Source: the human T2T-CHM13v2.0 reference genome, Homo sapiens
Assembly (NCBI RefSeq): GCF_009914755.1
Contig: NC_060925.1
Reading direction: 5' to 3' (one strand)
DNA length: 64,000 bases
Position 1 is the stretch's first letter. Each line of letters starts with the position of its first letter. The notes below the pieces were generated by a model. It searched no databases and was not told the DNA's origin. It was given only the letters and a program-made list of their open reading frames with translations. Positions 14,070 to 26,510 of this stretch are shown here, piece after piece. The position numbers and the translations under genes were made by a program.

Positions 14070-14880
14070 TCAAGATCTTTCTAGCTTTCTGATGTGGGCA
14101 TTTAGTGCTACAAATTTCCCTCTTAACACTGCTTTAGCTGTGTCCCAGAGATTCTGGTATGTTATCTCTTTGTTCTCCTTGGTTTCAAAGAACTTATCTA
14201 TTTCTGCCTTAATTTCATTATTTACACAGTAGTCATTCAGGAGCAGGTTGTTCAATTTCCATGAAATTATGTGGTTTTGAGTGAGTTTCTTAATCCTGAG
14301 TTCTAATTTGATCGCACCATTGTCTGAGACACTGTTTGTTATTATTTCAATTGTTTTGCATTTGCTGAGGAGTGTTTTACTTTCAATTATGTGGTCGATT
14401 TTAGAATAAGTGCCATGTGGCCCGGAGAATAATGTATATTCTGTTGACTTGGGGTGGAGAGTACTGTAGACGTCTACTAGGTCCACTTGATCCAGAGCTG
14501 AGTTCAAGTCCTGAATGTTCTTGTTAATTTTCTGTCTCGTTGATCAGTCTAATACTGACAGTGGGCTGTTAAAATCTTTCACTGTTATTGTGTGGGAGTC
14601 TAAGTCTCTTTGTAGGTCTCTAAGAACTTGTTTTATGAATCTGGGTGCTCCTGTATTGGGTGCATATATATTCAGAATAGTTAGCTCTTCTTATTGAATT
14701 GTCCCTTTATCATTATGTAGTGCCCTTCTTTGTCTCTTTTGATCTTTGTTGGTTTAAAGTCTGTTTTGTCAGAGACTAGGATTGCAACCCCTGCTTTTTT
14801 TTGCTTTCCATTTGCTTGGTAAATTTTCCTCCATCCCTTTATTTTGAGTCTGTATGTGTCTTTGCATGTAAGACAGGTCT
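14070..14880 (-). pseudogene. L1 ORF2p endonuclease fragments
   Basis: LTCKDTYRLKIKGWRKIYQANGKQKKAGVAILVSDK and [11 protein letters not shown] in separate ORFs; the N-terminus is missing. Confidence 0.92.
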
Positions 14881-15078
14881 TTGGGTTAGAACATGCTCCT
14901 TTAGTGTATCGTAGTTTTTTATTACCCATCTTCTGAAGCCTACTTTTGTCAGTTCATCCACCTGATCCTCCATCAGTTCTGTGCCCTTGATAGAGAAATG
15001 TTGCGATAATTTGGAGAAGAAGAGGCACTCTGGCCTTTTGGGGTTTTGGCATTTTTTCGTTAATTCAGAAAGAATCAT
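14881..15078 (-). pseudogene. L1 ORF1p N-terminal remnant
   Basis: DELTKVGFRRWVIKNYDTLKEHVLTQ resembles older L1PA ORF1p; truncated at ~14880. Confidence 0.85.
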
Positions 15079-16395
15079 GAGTTTGTCTAGTTTCAGTCTT
15101 TGAGGCTGCTGACCCTTGGATGGGGTTTTTGTGGGGGCCTTGTGGTTGTCGATGCCATTGTTGCTGCTTAATGCTTGTTTGTTTTTCTTTTAATAGTCAG
15201 GTCCTTCTTCTATAGGGCTGCTGCAGTTTGCTAGGGATTCACTTCAGGCCGGATTCATCTGATTTGCTCCTATGCCTGGAGATGTCACTCAAGCAGGCTG
15301 GAGAGCAGCAAAGATGGGTGTCTACTCCTTTTTCTGGGACCCCTGACCTTGAGGGGCACCAACCTGATGCCAGTAGGATCGGTCCTGTATAGGGTGTCTG
15401 ACAACCCCTGTTGGAGGATCTCATCCAGTTGGGTGGCACAAGGAGCAGGACCATTTTAACGAAGCACTTTGTCCCTTGGTGGAGATGGTGTGTTTTGCTG
15501 GGGGGAAACCCATTCTTCTGGGCTGCCCGGATTCCTCAGAACTACCAGGAGGAGAGGCTAAGTCTGCTGGTCTGCAGAGACTGCAGCCACTCCTCCCGCT
15601 AGGGGCTCAGGCCCAGGGAGATCCGAATTCTGTCCCTGAGCCTATGGCTGGAGTTATTGGAGATCCTGCAGGGAAGCATTGCCCACTGAGGAAGGGTGGG
15701 TCAGGTTTAGAACTGAAAAGGCACTCTGGCCACAGATGGCCACAGCTGGTGTGTTGGGCTGTGGGGACAAGTCTTGGGACCAGGCTGTCCAGTCTCCCTG
15801 GCTCCAGCAGGGGAAAAGCGCAGCCTGGAGCTATAGAAATGGGTGCCGCCCTTCCCCCACCCAGGGAGATTAGGGTGTTAGGCAGTCGTGAGTCCCAGTG
15901 CTGGCTGCTGCCCCTCCCCCGAAGGAGCTCAAATGGCTTCAATAGCAGGCAGCTGCAGCTGGTGTTGGTCGCTCCTCCCACTGGGAGTTCAGTAGGGTTA
16001 ATCAGAATCCAGTTGAGAGGCTCTAAGAATCTGAAAGTTCTGGGGTTGGGATGTTAGGCCCCAGTGGCACGGATTTGTGAGTGGGATCTTCCGATCTGTG
16101 GGTTGCACAGTTGCGTGGAAAAAGCACAGTTTCCCTGGCTGGATAACAAGCTCACTCATTGCTTCCCTTGGCTGGGGGGAAGGGGTTCCCCTTCCCTGTG
16201 TGGCTCCTCAGGTGGGCCACCGCAACACACTGCTCTTCCTTCTCTCCATAGGTCACGCCAGCCTTCTAGTCAATTTTGATGAGAGAACCTGGATACCTTG
16301 ATTGCAGGTGAAGGATTCACATGCTTATTATGGTTTTTTTCAGTGGGAGCCTCTGAAGGGTGCTGCTTCTAGTCAGCCATCTTGGCCCACCCTCC
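15079..16395 (-). promoter_or_regulatory. L1 5' UTR internal promoter with YY1 site
   Basis: GC-rich, CpG-decayed UTR; the minus strand has CAAGATGGC (16376-16384) about 12 nt from the 5' end. Confidence 0.8.
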
Positions 16396-16600
16396 AAATG
16401 ACCTTTTAAATATTAATCACATCAATATCTTCCAGAGGCTTATTAGATTATGTAAACTAAAAGCTAAAATCTTTGTCATGGCCAGCAAGACTCTAAATGA
16501 ACTGGCATCTGGGTATCTTTCTGTCACTCTCTCATTTCCATTCTATCTGGTGCTTACTGAACCCTACATAGGCTAGTTCTGTTCTCCACTCTGCACTTGT
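16396..16600 (+). mobile_element. L2, 3' continuation after the L1 insertion
   Basis: atgaccttttaaa...aaaatctttgtcatggccagcaagactctaaatgaactggc continues the L2 from 10989. Confidence 0.65.
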
Positions 16601-17149
16601 AGCTCCTTGTGCCAAGGACAATCAGACATTTGGTTTTGCCTAGAGGCCAATATTTATCGGCTGATCTGATGTTTCATTTGGTTTGACGATATAAGTCCCT
16701 GATTTAAGTTTCACTAAAATAAATTGGAATGTTTGGTAGGCCTCCACTTTGTAATTCCAACTCTTGTCTGGTACTGTGTGAGACACACATACAGTGAATT
16801 GAGTTTTCACTTTCCACAACATATAAAAAATGGAGAACCATGTGTCACTCTCATTCCCCAATGCAGAGGAACTAAGGTCTTCATTTCAAAGGGGCATGCA
16901 GTGGGCCTGCAAGCACATGGCTAGGGAATGCTCACTTCTTCTAGTTTCAGGTAGTGGTGGAGGAAACATATGAGGCTGCCACCTATGCCAACCACTTGCT
17001 GTACTGGAGCCCCAGCCCCAGCCTGTGAGATGCATGAAGTCTCCAACTTGCCTATTAGGGGTCAGTGACAAGTGAAAGAAATTATGGTTTAAGTCTATGT
17101 GAAATATATCCAGAAAATGAGACTGAGGAATCCTGTGGAGCATTAAAAA

Positions 17150-19480
17150 GTACAGACTGAATACACTTAGTATGGAAGTTTGGTTATCACTTGGTATGAA
17201 TCTACAACTATTTCTATATTTAATTTTTTGATATTAAATATATAAATTTATAATTTATTTTACATTTTTGAAATAAAGGATCTCAACAGCAATGAGCTAA
17301 AAATGCATCCTAAATAAAAATAAAAGTGCTGATTTTTCATTTCTTATGTTGATGGGAATGCTGAACTTATCTTTAATGCTTATCAACACTTACTGCTTAC
17401 TTTGGGGGCCATAAATGATATTGCTGACATGTGAAAACCATAGACATAAATCTGCTGAAGAAACATTATCATCTGTTTTAAATAGTATTTATTTTAAAGA
17501 CTAAGCCCCCAAGAGATAAGTTAACTGATGCAGCTGCAGAATATATGTTTATGAGTCACTTTGTGAGCCATGACTTTTCATTCAGATCAAAGGATTGTTA
17601 TTTTTAATTAATTGTGTTTATTTTCAATGCCAAGTTTTTTGTTTTCTTTTGTTTTGTTTTGTTTTTAACATGAATGAAAAGTAAAGCAGTAGTTCTTAAT
17701 ATGTTGGGTTCATTACCAGAAGTGACGTTAGTTTCTTATCAGTGTCAGATAGAAAGTCAGCTAATTCTAATGGTTCAATTTTTTCATGCAATTCATGGAA
17801 TCAAAGGAAGGCTTTGGAAGTTCATTTTGTTAAAGAAGAAACATTTGAAATTATTATGAGTGCTATTGTAATATCAGTTTAAAAGTAAAATATTAAGCCA
17901 CAGTTATTTTCTTTGCTGTGATAATTTAAAAAGCCAAATTCAGAAGAACATTGTCTCATGGTAAAGCACAGCTCTTACTAAATTAAGAAGCTTATAGAGC
18001 AGACATTTACTTGGAATTTATAGTGGTAAACACATAATTCATAATCACAAATAAATTGGGATATTCCACCAAGGAAAATATAATTTTTAGCTGTAAATAC
18101 ACACACACTATAACTGAACAACAAAATATGATAACACTGTTGAATACAGAAAAGAAAATACTTCAACATGAAAATACAAGCTTCCTCCCTTTGCTATCCA
18201 TTATAAAATGGGTTTTAGAAACATTTGTACCTTTGAAGTACTGCTTTTTAAATCAGCCTTCTTGCTTCATAAGATATTGTGCACTTTTATAAATGATTCC
18301 AAATTTTGTTTTGTTGTGAACAATGAACACAAGTTATTATGAACATGAAGTGTGGACATAAAATGATGAAATTTATTTCTACAAAAGCAAAGGAGGAAGT
18401 GAAGAAATAAAACAATGAAAGCTGAAACATCATGCGAGATTTAAGTCTGAAATTTTATAATTGTGCTTTGGAATAGTTCAATTTGTGGGAAGATTGTATG
18501 ATAAAGTTCCTATATATAATACAGATTAGTCTGTATTATATACTGGAATTCGATGAAATTGAGAAGGTTTATGATCTTATAGTGTCTATATTATCTATAG
18601 TTAGGAAAACATTCATAAGAATCATAGAGAATACTCATTTGATGAGTTTTGCTGTGTGAAAATATTTATCATAGAAAGGTCCTCAAAGACGGTACCTGTG
18701 AAAATATTTGGTCTGAAATATTTACATATTTCAGTACAAAAAAATTAAGAATATTCTCCATTTTGTAGAACATGCTCTGAAGTTACACAGTACCTCAACA
18801 CTTATGTGGAAAACTTTATTCTCAATTCAGAATATGATGTATAGAGAAAAATTTATTGGAAATGTCAAAAATTTCAAATTTATTAACACTAAAATGCAAC
18901 GTGGAAGAAGATTGCATTTATGGAAAACAAAACAAAAACAAAACAAAACTATGGTGGGGCACAGTGGCTCACACCTGTAATTCCAGCATTTTAGGAAGCC
19001 CAGGCAGGTGGATCACTTGAGCCCAGGAGTTCGAGACCAGCCTGGGCAACATGGCAAAGCCCCATCTCTACGAAAAAAAAAAAAAACTTAGCTGGCCATG
19101 GTGGTACATGCCTGTAGTCCTGCCCATTTGGGAGGCTGAGGTCGGAGAATCACCTGAGCCCAGGGAAATCAAGGCTGCAGTGAGCCAAGATTGTGCCACT
19201 GTATTCTAGCCTGGGCAACAGAGCAGTGAGACTCTATCTCAAAAACAAAACAAAACAAAAAAAGACAATATTGAAAAAATGCATTCTTTTGAAAAACACT
19301 TGTTACACGGTGCTAAGACAGACATGGCTTAAAACGAATTAAAGCATGTGAATATAATTCTAGAATAATTACTCGACTTCTCATTTTTAAATGTTTAGTT
19401 GACATTATTTTTACTTCGCTTATGTTATTTTTAGTGTTTGAGTAATCGATAGCAATACATTTTTTTTTCTCTTGACTTTC
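17150..19480 (+). mobile_element. Decayed hAT-superfamily DNA transposon with transposase remnants (BLACKJACK/Zaphod-like)
   Basis: ORF 18056-18292 KKILQHENTSFLPLLSIIKWVLETFVPLKYCF resembles the hAT 'TRW.S...R.LE.FEPLK.YF' block; an upstream GxxAHxxHN-like remnant (ggtaaacacataattcataat) is present; ends uncertain; interrupted by an AluJ. Confidence 0.65.
18953..19263 (+). mobile_element. AluJ, full length
   Basis: J-type diagnostics ttgagcccaggagttcgagaccagcctgggcaac and aaggctgcagtgagc; (CAAAA)n tail. Confidence 0.95.
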
Positions 19481-19544
19481 TAGGTACATGAACCACATAC
19501 ACTCTTTTTTCTCTTTTTTGTTTGTTTTCAGTTAAAACAGTGCG

Positions 19545-19690
19545 AGCTGGATTTTCTCTCACTTGCAAGCCAATGAATTATGACACTACATTTAATAGGG
19601 CTGTTTTAAAGAAATAGGGAGATAACATTTGTGAAGCACTTAGCATCTTGTATAATACATCCCAAGTTCTCCATAAAGGTAGCTATTCCC
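19545..19690 (+). mobile_element. MIR fragment
   Basis: gggctgttttaaagaaatagggagataacatttgtgaagcacttagca resembles the MIR 3' half. Confidence 0.5.
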
Positions 19691-20104
19691 ATAAATTTGG
19701 CAAAATAGGTACCATTAGGGATGTGTCCAAAAACGCCAAGATAACATCAAGTCCCTAACAATATATTTGATATAATTTGGATAATGCTAATTATGGCTCT
19801 CAATCAAGCAACTTTTTCCTTATAGGTGGCTACTTTCTCTGATTACTCTGTCCTCAGTTGTTGTAGTGGTAATCAGTATTCACGTTAAAGAGTTTGAAAC
19901 AGCTGACTGGAGAAGTAGGCTGAGAGGTTAATAATTTTTGTAGTGTAATTTAAGACCCATCTAGAATGACTACTAATCAAATATATTTTCTGAATCACAT
20001 ATGAATTTATGTGAATCTGAAGAATATGTGAGTTTCCACCTTCATGACTGTTGCCTCCTCCAGCCTGTCATAGATTTTGATGCAAATGCTTGTAAAACGG
20101 CAAC

Positions 20105-20560
20105 TATCACAGGCTATTAGACTCATGCTTTCATCCATGTGCTGGGCACTGTTCTAGCTGCTGACTTTCGTGGAGTTTATAATAGCAATAGGGAGTAACA
20201 AACATAAACAATATTTTAAAAGTAAATTATATCATATGCTATAAGGAAGTGCTATGGGAAAAAAAGACAAAACGTATGGATCATGTAATGGTGATCAAGA
20301 ATAAAGAGAGAAAGGTTGGATTTCACTGTTAAATAATGTGGTGAGGAGGAGAAGGTGGGATTTAAGCAAAGACTTGAAGTGGATATCTAGGAGGAGAGTG
20401 TCTTAAACAGAGGAAATAGCTGGAATAAAGGCCCTAAGGTAGGAGAATGTCTGGCATTTTTGAGGAACAAGGAGGTCACTGCGACTGGCGTGAGAGGGTG
20501 AGAGGCAGAATAGAGGTGCTGATGTCACAAGGACTCTGGCTTTTACTCTGAAAAAAATAG
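20105..20560 (-). mobile_element. L2 fragment
   Basis: atgtgctgggcactgttctag...gatttaagcaaagacttgaag...aaaggccctaaggtaggagaatgtctggca...ggcttttactctga. Confidence 0.75.
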
Positions 20561-20948
20561 GTTAACAAATGTTTCTTCTTCCTGGCAAGAAAGTGACCTG
20601 CACTTAGGAAGTATCTGGAAGTCTGGGATATTGAAGTCAGCTATATGGAAAGCAGGGGGGGTGGCACTTATTTGATAGGAAAAGATGAAAATAAAACACA
20701 TCATCGTCCCTAGGAGCACTTTTACAAGTGGAATACCTTTAAGCAAAATGGACTGAAACGAAACAAAGAGATTCTAGCTAGAAAAAGGAAAGTGGCAGTT
20801 CTTAATAGGCAAGTGACAGAATGCCAAAGCGTTGGATGTGTTACTTGACTGAATGATTCTCAGTCCACTTCCATGGTAGCCTTTGCAAAAAGTGACTGAC
20901 TTTCACCACTTTAAGCTGCTGTACCTTCTTAAGCTTGTGTACTTTCTG

Positions 20949-21093
20949 TAGTGCTCCTCACTATGTGGTCCATGGACCGCCAGCATAGTATCACCGGGGG
21001 ACACTTGTGAAAATACAGGTCCCTGGACCCTACCCAGGCATAGTGGATAATGCTGTCCAGGTAATTTTTACACATCTAAAGTTTGAGAATATG
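20949..21093 (+). mobile_element. MER5A-like hAT-Charlie MITE
   Basis: agtgctcctcactatgtggtccatggacc.ccagcat...caggtaattttta..cacatctaaagtttgagaa. Confidence 0.65.
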
Positions 21094-22308
21094 GAACAGA
21101 AAGACAGCTTTTTAAGGCTCCCTCTGACTCTGGATTCCTATGAACAGTTTCCCATGCCAGGTCCCCAGAATGTTCAATTTTGTGTGTTTTTGTTTATTGC
21201 TGTCAGGGCCATAGATCTTTGGATCAGATAAAGAGAAAAAAGTTGAGAAACATGCCTTTTGATATTGTCACAGGGAAAGGGAGATGATTTAAATAAAATT
21301 TTACAGTGTTGCTCATTTCCATAACTGTACAAACATGAAAAATGTTGTGAATAGTTACTGGGTGAAGGTGACCTTTTCATAGTGATGTTTGGATTTGAGG
21401 ATATATTAATTTTTCTGAGTGTACATGTTGTTTATTGTGATGGTTTGAGCCAATGAGAAGTAATAATGGTTAAATATCTGAGATCTATTGCCTTGTTAGC
21501 TATGTTAACAGCCAATGACAACATAATCTAAAGAGATTTACTGTTTGGCTTTAGAAGTAGTATCAAGCTAAAAGTATAATTAAAACATTTATTAGCCTGC
21601 CAAGTTAGAGAGAGTAGGTTAAGACTTACAGTTTCTGAAGAGTTGGCAATGCCTTCTTCCCAATTTTGTCTTATGTCCACCTTGCCCCATGCACTATCCC
21701 CACATACTCTATAGCAACTGAGAAAATGAGCTCACTAATTTTTTTAAATTTGTAGTTTGAGACCCAAAGACTTGAAAAACATCCTTTGTTGCAAAACCAG
21801 CAATTATTGCAATTCTCTAATTACCACGTCTGAGACCTTTCTTCATGCTGGGATGATGCAGACGGTCTCTTGATTTTTTAAAGGTCAAATTACGTTGCTT
21901 CAGTATCTTCTGGTGATGGGCCAAATGAGACTAGCTTAATTTAATATGTCTCTGCTGCTTTTCTTTCAATCCAAAGGGGCATCCATCATGGGCTTCTCAT
22001 TCTGACTGATATTGATCAGGTAATTGCCCTCAGCTTGTCAAACTATCATGATTTTTATAAGAATGAGTCTTTTCTAGAAGAAAGCAGACCCTGAGAGAGA
22101 TAACAAAGATTGCTAATAGAACTTTGCCCAAAAGCAAGTCAAAGTAGAAGGCAGGATTAGAGAGAGAGAGGAGCTAGAGGAAGGAAGAGGATGAAGAGAG
22201 AAAGTAGAGATAGTGCTGTGTCCCAAAATGTAATAATGTAAATTACTATCATCCACTTAGTACAATTCAGAAAATAAATTCCAGGCCAGCACATAACACA
22301 ATTCAAGG

Positions 22309-22350
22309 AAAAACAAAAACAACAACAAAAACAAAAACAAAAACAAAACA
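22309..22350. repeat. (CAAAAA)n-like A-rich repeat
   Basis: Read directly. Confidence 0.85.
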
Positions 22351-24999
22351 CAGTTTTAACAGTCACCAACTGTGTGGCTTCTCAGAGTAAATGTTTAAAA
22401 AATTACCAGCCTCATTTAACGTTCTGTCTGAGGATCCAGGTGGATCCTAATCTTGCGGCTCAGGAACATCATTTACTGTTTCTTAACTAGTCTGAGGTAA
22501 ATAAACATTTGCCAACTCTAATTTATCAAAAATTATCGGGGTGAAGATGGAACCTAAAATAAAAGAAAAAACTCCTGCCTGGAAAAGAGTTCCTCCAGGA
22601 AACTGTCTAAGGTTGACTTGAGGAACATTTTCCTAATATGACTGACACACCAAGCCCAGGGATGTCCTGAGAGAAGCATTCCCATCAAGACATGCTGAGC
22701 AGCATAAGAGAAAATTTCAGCTGAATGCCTTTCTGTGAAAGTAGAACAGGCTTACAATAGCTCATGTGAAGAGTGTAGAAAGTCAAAGTGAGCCCACGTC
22801 TAGTGTATCATTATCGTTAACAACTGTGTTTCAGGGAGTGCTTGGTATCCAAGAGCTGTTTCAAGCCCCAGGGAGAGCCAAGCTGCTGCAAGGGCTTCAG
22901 ATAATCATCTACCATCACTACAGATATTCGAGACTAACTTGATGCCCTCTGTTGAGAGTACTTGAGAATAAAGAATGCAGCTTTGTCACCTTGAGAAAAT
23001 TCTTCCAGTAATAGTTCCTTAAAACACCAGTACCTTCAGGGAAACTGCTTTAAGACAGTTGACTCCTTACTCAGGTCCTTTTTCAGATCTCCGTTGGTCT
23101 TAGGCCTTCTTACACGTGGAGACCTTTCCCCGCAACATGTCAACACTTTCTAAAAGTGTACCCATGACCCCCATTCAGCCTAATATTGTTGTCATTTTTT
23201 GAAAGGATATTTGTAAAACTTTTTTGGTAATTATTTGGCTATAAGTGATTCACTTGATTCACAATTTGTTATGAGCTCTCAGCAATCATGCATGGATGGA
23301 AATTTTGCAATGAGAAAATCTAAACCTACAAATTGTTTTCAAATGCAGTGAAGTTTTAATGAACACTAAATGTAACAATTAAGTTGGCATGATAGCACAT
23401 CATGTAGGCATTTAATAGATTTCTTAAAATCCATTCTATGGTTTTCTTTTTGGCATTTTGGAGTCATTTTTAGCATGATAATCTTATACCATATCTTCTG
23501 TGAATATTTGATCCAGTCTTGGTACTCTCAATGGTAACTGTATCATGAAAAATATTGTTTGTTAGATCTTCATGGTAGATTTGTAGTAGAATTTTTAGAG
23601 GTTTCCTTCTTGCAAAGCAAATCTCATATTGTGATTCATTTACCATTAAGGTCCAGAAATATCCTGAATTGGACAACTATCAGAGTAGTTACACCATACA
23701 GGATGTGATATTACCCCAGGCAAGTATGACCCAAGGACAAGTTCAATTTGGGGCTCCACCTGAAACTATGTAGGTGCTCCCTAGAGAAGGATCACAATAA
23801 ATTGAAGTTACTGAGGAGGGAAAGAAGATGCAGAGAAAATAACTAAAGGAAATGGAAAGTGTTCTTTTCAGTTTTCATTTCTGGGACTCAAGATTTCCTC
23901 TTCTATTTTAATTTCTTTCCCACACAGTGTCATTTTTCCTACCTATGTCTCAAAAGAATTGCCAGTGTCATATTGGGCTAACACAGTAAACACACATAGA
24001 TGCAGCAGGTGAAAGACCTATTCCATTGTGTTCCTTCCCTCTCCTAGCCTTACCTTCCCCCAGAAGAACATGGATTACTGACTTAGTTGAGATGTTTGCT
24101 TGCACACCTCTGCATGTATGCTGAGCTATATGCATGTACATTCACAAATGAGTACTCTTAGTGTTTTCCTATTGGGACTCATCCTCCCTGGATGGCAGGT
24201 GAGTCTGTAAACCTTGCATCAAACTCACCAAAAATCCTCTTTACCCATCTCCCTCTCCTTTCCTGGCTCCTGGCCCCAACCCTCTGTGGGTCATTAAAGC
24301 AAATTTGCATCACCTTGTAGTTGAGAAATCTTAATTTCTGAATACTTTCTATGAATACCACTACCCAGGGTAAACGCCATTTATTTTATTTTGTTCATAT
24401 TCCTTGCACTGATGCATTTCTTACATCAGAATTTTTTCTCCTATTCAATGGTGATTTATGTTTCTATATATGTATGTGTACACATCTATGTGTGTGTTTG
24501 TAGTTTGTGTGTGTGTTTACCATGGTCTAGCCCACTTAATGCTCCTATTCTTTCACATTTTCAAAATTAACAATATTTGTGTAAAGGATAAACTCTCCAT
24601 TTTAAGGAGCCCTTTTTCTTTCTTAAATCATGTGTGGAATGCACCTTTTGGCTCTTCCCTGTGTAAATAATGTGTAAAATAATCAAAGCACCATCACGAC
24701 TTGACAGCTCGGGCCTTTGATAAATAGGGCTTTATGTGGGATTATCATATGACATTTCCAAACTAAATTATATTTGAGTCATATAGGGTACTATTGCATT
24801 ATCATCCCTCATGTAAAATTTGTACATCTTACAAGGATTGGAAGAAAAGAAAGGGATCTGAATTTGGATGCCCTTTATTTTGAACATGAAATTTTAAAAA
24901 TAAAAAAATAAAGTCATTTATTTAACATTTCCCTGACTGCCTATCTAAGATTTCTGAACTTCTGAAGAGTATCTTATGTGCAGTATTGTCTTGGATTCT

Positions 25000-25140
25000 A
25001 TTACTTTGTATACTTAAAATTAACATGTTCAGAAATCCTTGAAGATGAGCTAATTTACCACTCTCTTTACAGATGAGGGAACTAAGCAGAACTAAAAACA
25101 CATTTCAAATCTCCCTACTCCTTGCACAGTGTTTTCACCT
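25000..25140 (-). mobile_element. MIR fragment
   Basis: ctctttacagatgagggaactaagca is the reverse MIR core. Confidence 0.55.
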
Positions 25141-26240
25141 AACCTTATGGCTTGCCTAGATAACCATATACACAGATAAGATGTAGTCAAAAATCAAGAT
25201 GACAACAGATAGGCAAATCAAAGATATTCTAAATGTGAAATATTGGCTCCCAAAAGATTTACTTACATACATATTTAATCAACCATTTTGGAAAACATTA
25301 TACCACTCAAGTCAGAAAATGTTTTTTCTTTATTAAATTCAAAACAATTTTCTCCCTTTAACTATGTTATTACTCTATAATTTCTTAGGATTTCTAATAA
25401 AGAAAGACAGGTATGGTTCTTCAGTCTCCCTTTCTTAAGTCAGAGCTCTCAGAAGAGTGTGACGTGGGTTCTTCAGCACCCTTCTCCTATTTTTCCCAGT
25501 GGCCTTGCAACTTCTGCAGCAGTATCTGCCAGCCCCTACCCTGTTCTGCCTGTTTCTGAGAGAGGAGTTAGAGAAATGAAGAATTCACCATCACCTCAAA
25601 TAATGCACAGGCTCATGGTAAATTATGTGCATTGAATTTTTGTATGTCACATCACATTTTAAATGTTCTTTCGAGACTACATTCTAGTTGGAGGGTCCTT
25701 GTGTAACATTCCTCTGTAAATAGAATGCTATCCAACCAACTGTACATTTGAAAGTGTTAATATTCCAACAGGTAAGGCTGCTAGATAGTACAGCGGTAAG
25801 ATAGGTATGATTGCTGCTTTTTAAGAAGTAAAACTGTAAAAGTCACTTACAAACCCATGAATTACAGGAGAAAATATAATACAGATAAAGAACTACTGTA
25901 CTATGTATGATACAGAATAAAATTCTATCCATTACCCAAACCCACTCTATAGTTCATCTGATCCCATAGCCAACATATACAGAATTGTCTACATCATTAA
26001 AGCAAGGTAGTTTGACTTACAATAAAATAAAATATACCAAAGGAAGATAGTCTTTATCAGCCCCAATAGAAAGTAATGTCTGAAACAGGATAATCAACAT
26101 CTGTCAAGAAAGTATTTAAACAGTCATCGAGCAGAAATTCTTCATGAGTTCCTGGGATTTCTTTTTTTTTAAGTCTTTAGTGTGGGCTAATATTCCAAGC
26201 AGCAAAATGATTATAAGACAAAATAATGGGGGAAAAAATG

Positions 26241-26510
26241 TGTTGCAACTTCTTTCTTTGGTAATTCGTAAATACCAGCATTGACACTTCTAAATTCTCA
26301 AAGTTCTCCTTACTTTGATTAAAAAAGTCACAACCCCTACACAGCAAATGGCATAATTGCTAAACCAAAAATCCATCATAATGACACACAAACTTATGGT
26401 GGAAATTTGTGACCAAAAGGAATAAAACAGGCAGGTACCATGACAACTTAAAGTACCAAAATAACAACAAAGAGAAATCCGGTCACATTTTCTTTTGGCT
26501 TTTATGTGCT
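26241..26510 (+). repeat. Local direct duplication, copy 1
   Basis: Aligns to 28222-28482, including a 36-nt exact block aaatggcataattgctaaaccaaaaatccatcataa. Confidence 0.95.

Noticed and set aside
15476-16057. 193-aa plus-strand ORF (and overlapping 124-aa minus ORF)
   Set aside because: Lies wholly in the GC-rich L1 5' UTR, where stop codons are rare; no recognisable domain
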